This document shows positions 1-12,967 of a DNA stretch of 49,573 nt, one piece after another (positions within the stretch are counted from its first letter, which is position 1; each line of letters starts with the position of its first letter). Both the position numbers and the translations under genes were made by a program. This DNA is from Vitrella brassicaformis CCMP3155 (Eukaryota > Protista > Chromerida). Location of the stretch: contig CDMY01000569.1 in the NCBI GenBank assembly GCA_001179505.1, forward strand, positions 1-49,573, written 5' to 3'. Below the pieces are notes generated by a model. The model was not told the origin of the DNA. It was given only the letters and a program-made list of their open reading frames with translations, and did no database searches.

Positions 1-740
1 ACAGCGCAGACGTCCCTTTCTCGTTGCATGCGCAACAGGGGGGCCCGCCGCCGTCTCGCGGGATGAGGGTAGGTGGAGGGGGTTGGGTGTAGTCCGATAC
101 ACGCTCGCTCATCCGAAAAGGAGGAGAAACAGCCGAGAAATCACCAACTCAATCATGGGGGGTAAGTATGACACGCCGAAGTCTTGCTAAAAAAAAAATG
201 GTCGTCTTGCTTCACTGGACTTTGTCAGCCGCTGCTGTGTGCCCTGCATCGACGGTTTATCGGTCTGCTGCGTTTGTCACACCTGCTTTCCTCCATCCCT
301 TTTGCCTCATCACGCTCGCATGAGTGCGTGAGTTGCATGACTGACTCACACAGGTTGGTGGCTCCGTAGTGGCGCCGTCGTCAGCGGAGCAGTCGCCGCC
401 GAGCAAGGTTGCGGCCAGGTAGGTATCCATCGATTCATCAACACATGAAAGGGAGAGAGGGACCCATTCACACACCCGATCTGGTCTGAGGTGCGTGTGG
501 TTGGCTTACTTCAGGCACGCCCAGTGGTGATGTGTATGTGCGTGCCTGGGAAGGAGGAGGTCCAGCTTGGCCTTGCCCCCCTGCCCAGCCAGGATCACAA
601 CGTCTGTCTCATGAGTTCGTCACAAATCACTGGGGGTTCCAGCGCCGACATCCACATCCACACACCCACACACACAAGGGTGCATCCATGCGGCTGTGTT
701 GCTGTGTGTCTGTCTGTGTGCAGCCTCCTGCTGTAATTTA
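1..740 (+). CDS. 3' fragment of an unidentified spliced gene entering from the left edge
   Basis: Plus-strand GT-AG intron signatures: gtaggt...ttacttcag (about 419-513) and gtgcat...gtctgtgtgcag (about 680-723). Frame-compatible exons read ...WWLRSGAVVSGAVAAEQGCGQ|ARPVVMCMCVPGKEEVQLG.... No recognisable domain, and the stop position is uncertain. Confidence 0.3.
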
Positions 741-864
741 GGGCAACGGAATCTGTGTGGGATAGCGAGTCGACTGTTTCAGAGGAACGTAACAGTGACA
801 AGACAGCCGGCATGTGCACTGCGTGATTCGTTGGGGACACCTGATATGTTTCATCATTGAAGTC

Positions 865-3800
865 TCAAAAGCTGTTCCGTCCGTCTCCCTTACGCTTCTC
901 TGCCAGACACATGCATTCTCTCATATCGTCAGCCGCACCGGCAGGCAACACACCACGCCCCCACTTAGGCAGCTCCCCTTTCAGACACACACCCTCCCTC
1001 AGGTCATGAGCCAAAAGCCCCAAAGCAACTCGCACATCCCTTTCCACTGGCTGCCATGCCTCGAGAGCAAGTGGCGCGTCATCCCCAACTGCCTCAGACT
1101 CGTCAGGCCGCAACTCCCCTTCCACCAACCCCACCTTCAGCACGGCATCCCCGATCGCCGTGTGGACACGGACGCAGCTGCCGTACATGTGTGTGAGGAC
1201 GTCTGTCATCAGCTGCATGTCGGATGGAAGGGTCTTCCACAGCAGCAGCTTGTCTTCGAGAGATCGTTGGTCCTGAGACGACCCCCCAAGAGCCCCCACA
1301 GCCGCGATCGCATCTCCAAGACCGTTGCCAATCAGGTGGCGCCTCGTGTGGTACGACTGAGGCAGCTCAATCGGCGCACTCTGCTCGTCCCTCTCGCCGC
1401 CTCGTGATAGCTCCAACAGCCTCTCTGATGCCCAGCAAACTACCCACAAACAATTGTGCAGCAGCCCGGCCGCCGTCTGCTTTGACGCTGCGATGTTGTC
1501 GCCGCGCCCCGTTTCCTTGTTCATCTCAGCTCTCGCGTTGGTGTGAACCGCCAAGACCCGCAGCCATGAGAGGCCGATGGACGTGATCATTTGCAGCATG
1601 TCGCACAGCAACCGCACCCCCTCCTCGCTCTCCAGCTGCCCATAGCCGCTCTCGCCAGCCTGGCCACACGGACCGAGAAGCCGCCTCCTGGCCTTGTCTG
1701 AGGCATCGACGCTCTTGCCGGCCGACTCGCCGACCGGCAGAAGAGCTGACTGCAAGAGTGCGTGGCAGAGGCTGGTGAGATGCCGAAGCCCGGTGGCCGC
1801 CTGGAATGTCCGCTGAGCCCTCTCAGCCGTGCTGGCGGTGTCTTCTGCCTGGCTGCTGATCCATTGCAGCCCGCCATAGTCCTTGATGAACAGATGCGCC
1901 ACCCGCACAGCTCCCGGCTCGGCACTGCCGTCGAGGAGGGCTTCTTGCTTGACGGTGACGGTTGCCTTGAGGCACTGAATGCCCTCCAGCCAGAGAGGGA
2001 AGTCGATGCATGGCGAGAGAGTGAGGAGGGACATGATGGATGGAAGCACGTGGCGCCGGTGCAGGAGCTGCAGGCCGTGGCCGCCGGATGTGACATCGGC
2101 CACAGAGGGAGCCTCTGGCACAGCACCATCTTCGTCACCATGTTGCTCGTCAGTGTCCGTGGCATCGGCAGCCGGCTCGTCGATGCCGGCGCGATCACTG
2201 CAGCCCTCTTGGATCGACGGCCATGAAAGTTGCGTGGAGCCCCTGCGGATCACCTGACGCACACAACACAACACACATACATGCATGAGAAACGCATGGC
2301 GGTCGAGGCCCTACTCTCCTTCCCTCCCCCCTCCTCTCTCGCTCACCTTGGCTATCCACATCTTCTCCGCCCTGGATGTCTCCAGGCTTTCTGAGTACAG
2401 CAGGCCATAGAACAGAGGCACATCGGTGAGGTCCATGTGGCTGCGCGACAGCATGAAGTTGTTGATGACAGGGAAGAGGTGGTGCTCGGGGTGGAGCAGC
2501 ACAGGCACGGCAGCAGCGCAGAATGACACCACGATGCCCCCAAGCACCGGCGGGTGGCCGGGGGCACCACCACCACGGCCGTCCTGGTTGGCTGGTGGTG
2601 GGATGGCGTTGCGAAGTGCGGTGAGGAACCATCGGATGGAGGGCAGCTCCTTGAAGGCGTATCTGAGTGCGGGCGGCTTGAGCTGCTCCCCCTCTCGCAC
2701 CTTCTTGGGCTGCTGTGCGTGCCGCGCCTCGGCCGCATCGGCGCTCTTGTCGAGCAGCTCAGAGTACACCGCCAGACCCTCATACGCACAGATGCGGATA
2801 GATGCATCCTGTGAAGGCAAGGCAGCAGACAAACACGGAGCGGAGCCATGTGATGTGCGTTGGCTCGCTCAGCTCAGACGCGTCGTTCACTATGGAAACC
2901 TACCATGCATCCAGCAGCCATGAGCAGCATTTGGAGGGCCCCTCCCGCGGCCACCCGCCGCAGCCATGCACCACCCTCGTCAAGGGCGGCGAAGAACGGT
3001 GCACTGCCCTCGCCTCCTGCCTTCTTTGACCGCTGCTGCAGGTGAGCATAGGCTGCTCTCAGCCGCCCGGCCAGGTAGGGGATGACGTACGCAACGTCGT
3101 AGGTGTCTGAATCGGATCCTTTGTTGCTTCCTGGCTGGCGGAATTGCCGGAAGGTGGACGCGGTGGTTGGAGGCTCCCTCAGCTGTCTGCCGAATGGGAA
3201 GTCGTCGAGGGTTCGGCGTAGGCGACCAGCGTCGAGCTGCAGCCAGTCGCACCAGACGGGCTCATCCTCTGCCCCCTCCGCCTCACGGTCGCGCCAGTCC
3301 AGCAGCTGGCCGCACCAAGACAGGGGCCCTGACGTGTCCACATGGGCCATGAGCAGCCTGCGGATTGTGCGGTCACGCGGCGACGTGGAGGCGGTGTACG
3401 CGGACGCGCACTCGCGGAACAGCCCCGGGCAGAGGTCGGCGATGCTGCTGCCCGTCGGAAGACACAGCACCGCAGGAAGCAAAACCTCCACCATCTCCGC
3501 TAGTGGAGGGGCGCCGCCGGCCCGCCGGACAAGCGTCCGCACGCTGCTCGAGCTCAACAGGCTGGTGGCCTTGACTTCCGCTCGCTCGAGAAGCCCCATA
3601 CCGCTGGTATGATTGTAAAGGCCGTGAAGCATCAGGAGGGCCGAAAAGACCCTCAGTTCGATGGGCAGCGCCGCCTTGCCGTCTTGGCGCTCGTCTTGAA
3701 TCCTTCTCAGCCGATGGTTGGCCAGCTCCCAGCACGATGATGCACAAGCGGTCAGCACGCTTGTGAGCGTCTCGCTGTCTGGTGCATCATCTTCAGCGCC

Positions 3801-6800
3801 AGTACAGTGGTCAGGGAAACGTGCAACTGTCGAGAGAATCAGCTGCAGCCACCTGATGCAAGCAGGCACAAGCAAGGTCAGTATCGAGCGTCCGCTGTCT
3901 GGGTTGTACTGTCCGTGTGACTGACCTGTTGATTTTGTCCAGTTTGTGGGCGTCATCGGCCTCTGCCGACGAAGTGTCCCGTAACCTCAATGCAAGCTCG
4001 TGCACCCGGGTACGAATCGTCTTTGCAGTAGGCTCGCCAGTGGCAAGCCTCCCCACCCGCTCCTCTGTGATGGTGTCGACCAGACATCTCGTGAGCTCCG
4101 TTGGCTCCTGCTGGTCCTCAGCAATCGTCCGGAGGGCGCGCAGGATCTTGCTCTCTGGTGAGCCAGGAGTGTCGAGATAGGCCAGGAGGGGCACCACCAC
4201 ACGAGACACAAATGGGACCGCCCTCACGTTCCCATGCCTGGTGAGAATGTCGAGGATCTGTCGTGCGACTCTCTTGGCTCCCTTTGGCGCCATCCAGCCG
4301 AAGGCCGTGGGAAAACGGTGCCGGCAGGGGATGGTGAGCAGGGCGATCGCCAGGCGGGTGCCGCTTTGCATGTGCTTGAGCTCTGGCGTATCGCGCGTCC
4401 CCTCGACTCTTGCAGCAGCCCCCTCTCGAAACTCATGGCTTCGGGCCATCATGTCCACCAAGACACCGAAGAGACCGGGCTCGACTGTCAGCTCCTCTGG
4501 CTGGCCGATCAGGTTGTCCACTGACTTGGGCCGGAACATGAGAGCTTCCACGTGCCACGGACTCTCAATGCCGCCGCCTCCCAGGTTGGTGGCTGCTTGG
4601 GGGGCGCGCCTGACGAGGTCACGGATGACGGGGCCGACCATATATGGACGGACGAGCTCCTGAAGCATCACCTTCACAGGATGGTTGAGGGCCAGGACGA
4701 GTTCGTCGGAGAGGGGTGTGTGGTTGATCCAGTAGTCCAAGATGTACACCCTGACCGCCTCGCGATGCCGACCCACCCACTCCCACATGACGGTATCACA
4801 GTCCGGATGGTGGGCCAGCAAGCAACTCTCGTCCAGCAAACCGGCTGCAGCCACACATGCTGCCCACTTGGTCGCCAGCCATGGAGCAGCGGGGCCGCAG
4901 TCCTTCAGCAGATCGCACAAGGGCTGCCCCAACATACACTCTCCCTGGGCAGACGGCGCGTCGCTTCCAGCCTTCCTCAGGGTGATAAGGCCGCACACGA
5001 CCTCCATCAGCCACACTCGCCCCCTCTCGTCGGCCGTGCAACACAATGCTGCCGCCGCCTCAACGCTCATGTTGACAACGTCTTCATCGACATCCTTAGT
5101 CACCTGGTTGGACGAACTCTTTGTTGTGGGGGCAGCGGCTTCACACAGCTCTTTCCACATAGACATTGACAAGAGCCGGTCGACACAAGCCACCACGAGC
5201 GGAACGTCCTTCTCCCTATGGAAGCTGTCAAACGAGCTGGCAGCCGCCGAGAGGGCATGGCTGGTCCCCTGCAAGGCCTCTGACAGTGCCTCGTCCATCG
5301 GCCGACGCGGAATGGTCGTCAACGCCTCCACCTTTTTCTCGAGGATGGCGAGCAGATCAACCATCGGGCGGTCGAGGGGCAGCGAAGCGGCAAGGTGTGA
5401 CAGACTCGCGCTGACGTTTCCAGCCTTCGCCTTCTTGCGCTTCTTGACCCGGACAGCGTCTTGCAGCATCTCCTCCAACACCGCCGACGAGCCATTCGCA
5501 TCACCGCCCGCAGACAGAACATCAAGCAGAGCTGCCCGCAGCTGTTCCAGCGGGCCCTGGTTCTCGTCGTCCATGTCGGCGTCGTGGTCCTGGTGCTCAG
5601 TGAATTGACGCTTGACCTCGGCCACGTCCCGCCACTTGCCCCACTGCCGGATGCATCGCGCGAGTGAGGGAACCAGTGACGGCCTCAGGTCCACAAGGTG
5701 AAGGATCACTCGACACACCGACCGGGCCACGTCAGCTATGTCACTGCCTGAAACACCCAACCACAGGAGAGGAGAGCGGACAGGCTGCCGCCACACATAT
5801 CTATGTTGACGACGTACCTTCTGCACCAGCAGGGGCGGTCCACTGCTTTGCAATGAAGGAAGCAGATAGCTGCCGCAAGTAGCCGACCGTGAAAATGGAT
5901 GGCATGGCTTCTCTCATGTCGCCCTCTCCGTCCGTCATCTGTACGTCGTTGTCTTTCATGACGGGCACAAATGTGCTGGGATTGGAGGTCACGAGGCGCA
6001 GGACGGCGAGGAAGTACGCGGGGGTGCGGGAATGCGTTGGACGGCTGAGCTCGAGCAGCCATGCATACGCTTCATCGAAAAGCGACGACTCAAACACCTC
6101 TGTGGAGTCAAGAAGACTGCAACACGCCATGCGCACAATGGGGGAGTGTTTCCGTGTGTGTCGTGTTGGCACCTTTTGAGCATTGGTCCGGCGAAGGTCT
6201 GCAGTTCGGCTAACGCAGCGTCCCCACTTCGCCACCGGTCCAGAAGGCCGGTCATGAGGCTCACGTGAGCCTTGGTCAGCTTCTGGCTGGCAGCCAGCCG
6301 CGTGCTGCCTCCCAGCGCCACTTCAACCAGCGTCATGGCCGACATGGACACTCTCGTCTGCTCCTCAATCGACAACTCGACATGCCAACTCTCTGTTTCT
6401 GCACTCAGGAAAAGAGAGGGGTCGGGGATGCAGCGCATGTGCGACTTGCATTTCCTTCTTACCCGTGAGCACTTTGGACCAGTCGAAGCGGCACTCCAGC
6501 AACGTGGTCGGAAGGCTGGTGCAGTAACACCGTGCTGTATCGCTCCACCTGCAGGCACACGACCACCAAACACACAAACTGATGGATCCAAAAGGGAAGG
6601 CGGCCGCTCTTCTCACCGGCAGAAGAACTCAGCAGCTGAGATGACGACTGACAAGTCTTGAGGGCTCGGGGGCGCGCCATGGCCACTCGTGTGCTCCACA
6701 AAGTACTGCCATGCCCTCGCAATCGCCTCAGTCTTGTCCCTGTCCTCGTCCCTCTTCGTCGCCGTCTTGCCGCTTCCCTCCATGAGATCGGTCCCAGCCA

Positions 6801-8532
6801 CGTGGATCATCAGCTCGTCATCCTCATCATGTTCCATTGCCGCGTCCCTTTTCCCCTCTTTGCCACTCTCCTTTGCCATCCCGTCCAGCTGTGTCGCCCC
6901 ACTGCGCACATTCAACAGCGTGTTGATCTCGGGCAGTCGACACTTGACCTCAAACTGCAGCCGACGTATCCTCTCCACTCGTGCCCCTTTTGTGTGGTCA
7001 TCGTTGCCGCGGGGCTGGTCCTTCTCTACTGCCTCGCACACAGCCGCCAGTCTCCGGCAGACGAGCATCAAGAGGTGGCAGGTGGTCATCACAACCGCCC
7101 GGTCGGTCGCCAGCAGGCCGTGCGTCAGTGTGGTCTTGCTCAAGACGGGAGGGCAGACAATGTCCAGCAACGATGACAACACCTCTTGTGAGGCCTCTGC
7201 GGATGGCCGATCGATAGCATCGAAGACGCCAGCGAGGGGATTGTGCTCGGGGGATGTGGTGAAGGGATCAGCTGCCTCCTCTGCGTCGTCGAAGAGATTG
7301 GGCCCGTCATCAACAAATGGCGTTACACGAAGCTCCTGTGTCAGCTTCAACAGGTCGTCCTGTTCCGGCTCTGCGGCTTCATGCTCTTGGGGGGCCTGAG
7401 GGGTCGCCACTCCAGTGGCAGTGGGAGAGAAGGGGATGCGGGGACCCGCTTGCAGAACTCTGGAAAGGAACGTGGCCCCCGTGATCCACTGGGCAGCCGA
7501 CCGCGAGCTGAGAGTGAGCTGAAGCGACGCGAAGAAGGCTGGATAGAGATCTGGATGCGACTCGAGGAGGGCCGTCGCTACATCTTGCTGCTGGGGGGCA
7601 TAAGGCTTGAGCTTGAGGACGAAGTCGAGCAGGAAGTCATGTTCCCTCGAGCTGTAGATGCGGCTTTTGGAACACAACTCGACAAGGAAGTCCCGCACAT
7701 CATCGGCAAGGGCATCCTCGTGGTCGTTGAGGCACGCTTGGAGCAGGTAGGCGAGATGGTGCAGCACATAAGCATTGAAGAAGAAAACCTTGGTCAGCCT
7801 GGGCAGGTGCGCGTTCAACAGCACCCGCCGCCTCACCACTTGCAGCACCCAGTGAACAGTCTCGATGGGGTCTTGCGCCAGGCCCTGGAAGATCCTATTG
7901 ATGAAGTTCTTGACCTTGAGGGCTGCCGAAACCACCTGCTGGTCGGAACACTCAAGCAGCGCCATTGCGAAGCGGATGTATTGCTGCCTCGTCCGCGGGC
8001 TGCCGCCCTGCCGTGACGCCTCGGACAACTTCTGGAAGGGCGCATAGCCGAAATTGAAGTCCCGCACGACCTGCGCTGCGAGGGATGGGTGCAGTGTGAC
8101 GATGGCCGTGAGCAGCCTCAGTGAGTGGAAGTGAAGGCCCTCTCGAAACGTCCCAATACATCGATAAACGGTTTTGAGATGCTTGTTCAGCACGGCAGTA
8201 GCAAGGCTTCGCCGCGAGTGGAGCGTCCGCACCGATTGCTCGAAGGGAGTCTCGAGTATACTCGCCAGCAGCTGCAAAAGGCCCACATTCACTTCATCGT
8301 TTTGGCGGTCCAGCACAGCCAGCAGCTCCGAACACAGAGGTGACCTCTCCACGTAATGATGGACACTAGCAACGCCCGACGAGAAGCCGCCTTCATCATC
8401 ACCACCCTGTTGTCTTGATTCGAGGCGTCTGTTGAGGTCGACAATGGCCCTCTTGACATCAGAGATCTCATTGGAATTCAGGGCGGCAATGAATGCTTCT
8501 GTCGCCAACTCAAGATCTCCCTCATTCGGCAT
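865..8532 (-). CDS. URB1: Nucleolar pre-ribosomal-associated protein 1 (URB1/Npa1), multi-exon, about 2300 aa
   Basis: N-terminal Npa1-type segment (VVRDFNF...RQQYIRFAMALL...IFQGLAQDPIETVHWVLQVVRRRVLLNAHLPRLTKVFFF) in ORF 6613-8532. C-terminal NopRA1-type segment (SFCAAAVPVLLHPEHHLFPVINNFMLSRSHMDLTDVPLFYGLLYSES...EKMWI) in ORF 2311-2832. The long minus ORFs are joined by GT-AG introns, e.g. 6549-6616, 3853-3925, 2809-2903, 2254-2346. The stop is at 865 if the 3' end is unspliced, or at 890 if a final intron (about 903-964) is used. Confidence 0.88.
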
Positions 8533-8830
8533 CAGTTCAGCAGCAGGAGAAGAAGATGGAATTCGACACTTTCATGCGAGCTCAGATTGGGAGGTACAAT
8601 TGGCGAGGTAAGCTTGCTGATGACAGGTTTGTGATGGCTTGACGATGCCTTCCCGCAGTAATGAGCTCATCTTCGCATCATTTTACTCGGCCAAAGGCCT
8701 TTTGCCAGTCAGCCCCACCGCAGAGATAAGAGTAGGCGAGTGAAGGAGGCGGACCATGATCTCTGGTTCGCCCATATAGGCAGCTGAGCTTCGATGTGGA
8801 AGACCGTGACAACAAGCTGTTTGTGCTGCC
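8533..8830. promoter_or_regulatory. Divergent intergenic region / putative bidirectional promoter (URB1 and kinase)
   Basis: About 300 bp between the minus-strand ATG at 8532 and the first plus-strand ATG at 8831. Promoter function is inferred from gene geometry only. Confidence 0.5.
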
Positions 8831-11800
8831 ATGGCTTGTTTGACATTGCAAGGCTGCGGCGTGATGCCAATGGGGCGCAAGACGCTCAAGCAGGGCCGCT
8901 ACCTCCTGCGGGGCCTGATCAGGAAAGGATCTTCGTGTGTTGCGCAAGACACCGAGGAAAATGTCGCCGTCGCTGTGAAGATGTGCTGCAGCCCCAAAGA
9001 AGGAGAGCTCCATTCACTTTTTGTGCACCCAAACATCCTCAGAGTGAGGGAGGTAAGCGAAGGAAAGGATGGCCATAGCTTGAGATGGGTTGTCTAGCTT
9101 GAGATGGGTTGTCTGACTTCTCACCTTTCAGCATTTCGTGGCAGAGGGCCTTGTGTGCCTTGTGACCGATTTGTGGGACTGCGGGACGCTTGAGGACTTG
9201 ATTGATAGCTTTCTGTGGAGGACAATACCCATCGAATTGAAGGAGGCAATCGTTCGCCCCTGGTGGGTGTGGAATGTATGCAGATGCCTGCATTGCCCGC
9301 AAACACGGACACACATCAATTACACGCAGGATGGTTGCACTGCTGAAAGCGTTGAAGTGTATGCACGACCAGGGTGTACTTCATCGGTAAACCATGGCAG
9401 AGAAGGAACAATCAGAAACAACCTCGTCATCAAGGTGTCTCTTCAGGGATGTGAAGCCGTCTAATGTTCTCCTCAGCAGAGCAAAGGGGATACAGCTCGG
9501 CGAGCTCGGATGTGCAACGACTTTTGATGTGAGTGAGGGCTGCACTTGTTTTCAGTGTACCTTTACAGCGGTCTGGTCTTTTTCTTTGCAGCGCTACGCC
9601 GAGAAGACTCGCTTGGAGCCATGCTGGGGTTCTGTAATCTACGAATCAGCTGAGGTGAGAAGCCACCCGCTGTTTTCATGTCTTCACCGCTCCTCGCCTC
9701 TTCAGGCCATTGAAGGAAGGACGGTGGCTTACCCGACGCTTGTGGACATATGGAGTGTTGGGTGAGTAGCCTGATTTTGTCCCATAACCGATCTACCAGG
9801 CTCATGCTCATTGTGCATTCCAGGATAATGGTGTCTTCCTTGCTGTTCAATGAGTACCCTTTCGAGCAGCACAATGCCCTGTGTCGTCGTTTCCTGGCAG
9901 AGCCCACATCGTCTCTTGAGCCATGCGTATCATTATCCGTCCCATTCGGCGATATTCGTGTACGTAAGAGCATGATGGGTGATGAATGGTAGATGTGCTG
10001 GCTTGTAGAGCAAGCATGACGGAGTGTTGTGTGCAGGCGACGGAGGGTTGTTCGAATGGCCTGACGGACTTGCTCACACAGCTGCTGGCCCCTGATGTTG
10101 AGAACCGGCTGTGCACCGCTGACGAAGTTCTGGCGCATCATTGGTTATCAACATGATAAATTGTTTTGCATGGACATGTTGTCCTTTTCTTCGCACAGGT
10201 TTCACGCTGGTAGCAATTTGGTGATTGAGACACAGGAGAATGAGACCATCGCCGAGCTGTCATCTTCGATCAAGGCGCTGACAGCCGAAAACAATGCGCT
10301 CTCACGAGGTGTCGAGCGTCTCGAGGCCACAATCATGCAGCTCGAGAGCAAAAAGGTAAGTCTGACTCACGCTCACCCTCATCAACTTTCCTTTTCTCCA
10401 CGACGAGCCCTCTGCTCAATGCATGTAGGATGAGCTACAGCGCGATGCAGAGAGAGTGGAACAGGAAAAGGTACGCGCAGCCATGCAAGTCCATTTGTCT
10501 TTTCCTCATCAACTGCTTTTGGGTTCTGCGTGCATCATGCGTCCACAGATGAAGGCACTGGCAGATGTTCAGCACTTGCAGCGGTCAACGGCCACTCAGG
10601 TCGAGGCTTGTGAAGTGCTCTCGCGGGCATTGGAGGCTGGCAAAAAGGAGAAAAGGGCTCTCGAGATGGAGACAGAGGCCATGCGGGAGATGATCGCGAA
10701 TGATAAGAGACACTTTGAGGAGTGCTCAATCTCCCACAAAGAGGAGCTACAAGCGCAAAGTGACAGCCATCGAGAGCTCGAGAAGCGCTGCGGATCGATG
10801 GAGGAGCAGAAAGTGAGCTTGTGCGAACGAAAACATGATCCTTCCCGTTATCGATTGTTCGATTCAGGATCAGCTGAATAAAACGATTGAGATGACAAAC
10901 AAGCAAAACAACGAGCTGACAGAGAGGCTGGAGGCGATGAGAAGAGAAAATGTACGTAAGCAATGTGCTGTTCTCAGCTGATGTTCTTCCTCACTGTCCA
11001 TCATATTTGTCTGCTTCAAGGTCAGCTCTTGGAGGAAATGAAGGCTATTAGGAGGAGGAACGAGGAGTTGGAAGAGAATTCTGAGACAATCAAGAAAGAA
11101 AATGTAAGCCGTGCGTCTCAGCTTCGAACGATAGCTACTCCATGTCCGTGCCACATGTATGTCGCACTTGTATTGTTGGACAGGCGAAACTGATGGTGAC
11201 AATCGAACAAAGAGACGTCAGTAACAGAATCACCTGCGTGTCTATCAAAAGGGTCTGACCTGCATGCCGTGTATTTTTTCAGGCTCAAGCGACGGACGAG
11301 CAAAGGACCAGGGATGGGCTCAAGAATGAGATAGCCAAGATGCAAGCTGCTGTCCAGCGAGAAAAGGGTCAACTGGTGGAGCGATGCGGCTATCTGGTAC
11401 GTCGCTTTTCAATGGAGACAGCATACCGACACAGTTGGCTGTTGTCGAGAACAGGAGAAAGAGGTCAAGACGCAGAAGGATACGGTCAAAACAAAGGATG
11501 TCGCGCTGCGGAAGGAGGAGCGTGCGAGGGAAGCAATGGAGACGACCATAAACGAGCAAACGAGGGCACTAGAGGAGCTGCAAATGGAGAGGAAGACGTG
11601 GCTGACGCAAAAGGTGAGACTCAAAGTGGAAGGAGAGAAAGCCATGAACTTCATCTGACTGGTCCGACTCATGACTTCCTTGTCTCACAGGAAGAGTTTG
11701 AATCTACCGTGAAGGAACTAAACGAGCGCCTGGACTGCCAGCTGGTAGAGAAAAATGCTCTGCGAGAGCAAATGGACGTGTTGGAGAGCCAGAAAAAAGA

Positions 11801-12311
11801 CGCATCGGATCACATCCAGGAGCTGAAGGTAAACCATGAGAGATAAACCGATTGTGAATAGCTGGATTGTTGATTCAGGAGAGTTTGGCAGACGTCCGAA
11901 AGCAGCTAATGGAGGAGACAGCTTATCAACTTGCGAAGGAGGATGAGAATCGTAAACTGGAGGAGGCCCTGACTGATCGAGACAGAGAGATCGAGTCTCT
12001 CAAGGTGAAAGCAAGCGCCCGTGCAGCAGCTTGCCAGAGGCAGACAATGTCTTGTGCGATTCTCAGGCGAAGATTGAGGAGCCAGAAGCTGGGAACAGTC
12101 ACCTCTTAGAGCAGCTCCGCATGGCCGATGAGCACCAGGTAATATGTCGTTTCGACTGCTCATCGCACGTCTGTGGGTGTCTGTGTGTCTATTGCAGAGG
12201 TCTCCAAAAAGATCGTCTGTAGTCATGAGAATGTCTGGCCATGGAGCGCGGCGTGATCCAGCCGCCTCCTTGGATACATCTGAAGGCCCGCTAGATGACA
12301 GTGTTTCATAA
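8831..12311 (+). CDS. NEK-like Ser/Thr protein kinase domain (degenerate, probable pseudokinase) fused to a long C-terminal coiled coil
   Basis: Spliced motifs: VAVK; HPNILRVRE|HFVAEGLVCLVTDL; W|MVALLKALKCMHDQGVLHR|DVKPSNVLLS; QLGELGCA; GSVIYESAE; DIWSVG; DLLTQLLAPDVENRLCTADEVLAHHW. Introns 9053-9131, 9263-9329 and 9387-9446 restore the frame. Many short E/K/Q-rich heptad exons follow, ending ...GPLDDSVS* (TAA 12309-12311). Alternative ATGs at 8864/8870. Confidence 0.82.
9076..9113. repeat. Perfect 19-bp tandem duplication inside kinase intron 1
   Basis: tagcttgagatgggttgtc occurs at 9076-9094 and again at 9095-9113. Confidence 0.95.
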
Positions 12312-12425
12312 CAGAATCGCTACATGCATCTTACACGTCCTCCATGATTCGACATGAATGCAAATGCCGAATAGAAAATTGGATTGATAGGACAATGATA
12401 GGATGAGGAGGGGGGGGGGGGGGGG

Positions 12426-12725
12426 NNNNNNNNNNNNNNNNNNNNNNNNNNNNNNNNNNNNNNNNNNNNNNNNNNNNNNNNNNNNNNNNNNNNNNNNNNN
12501 NNNNNNNNNNNNNNNNNNNNNNNNNNNNNNNNNNNNNNNNNNNNNNNNNNNNNNNNNNNNNNNNNNNNNNNNNNNNNNNNNNNNNNNNNNNNNNNNNNNN
12601 NNNNNNNNNNNNNNNNNNNNNNNNNNNNNNNNNNNNNNNNNNNNNNNNNNNNNNNNNNNNNNNNNNNNNNNNNNNNNNNNNNNNNNNNNNNNNNNNNNNN
12701 NNNNNNNNNNNNNNNNNNNNNNNNN
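12426..12725. other. Assembly gap (300 N) flanked by G homopolymer
   Basis: N run preceded by G16 (12410-12425) and followed by GGGG. It may hide 5' UTR or 5' exons of the channel gene. Confidence 0.99.
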
Positions 12726-12967
12726 GGGGTTGCACGTCGTGCAACGGCAGGGAGAGTTCTGATGGTCTCTCATGAAAGCAGCAAACGACAAAATGCAATG
12801 CAGGCACGAGTCTGCTTTTCAAGCATGTATTGTCTGGCAAAGCTGATTGAGGTGCACGTATTGATGGATGCGACCAGTGTGTGTGGGTATTCTCATGCGC
12901 GGGGAGAATTGTGACTGGGGGCCTCGGAATTGCATGCATGCGCCCCCGTCTTGCCCGTCTGACAGAA

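Noticed and set aside
3895-3925. Apparent ultra-short 31-nt intron in URB1
   Set aside because: A 73-nt intron (3853-3925) with a better pyrimidine tract gives the same frame and fits the local intron size.
3917-8047. Long plus-strand ORFs antisense to URB1 (e.g. 4552-5169, 4742-5608, 6689-7399, 7243-8016)
   Set aside because: Shadow ORFs expected from high-GC codon bias. They have no motifs or splice support, and the minus frame carries the URB1 homology.
9076-9113. 19-bp direct repeat as a transposon footprint or target-site duplication
   Set aside because: The copies are adjacent with no intervening element or terminal repeats. Slippage or an assembly duplication explains it.
12931-12938. 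TGCATGCA (ApiAP2-type motif) here and at 31731-31738 upstream of genes
   Set aside because: Indistinguishable from the (GCAT)n microsatellites that also occur in introns and spacers (about 16750, about 37024). Enrichment cannot be shown by eye.
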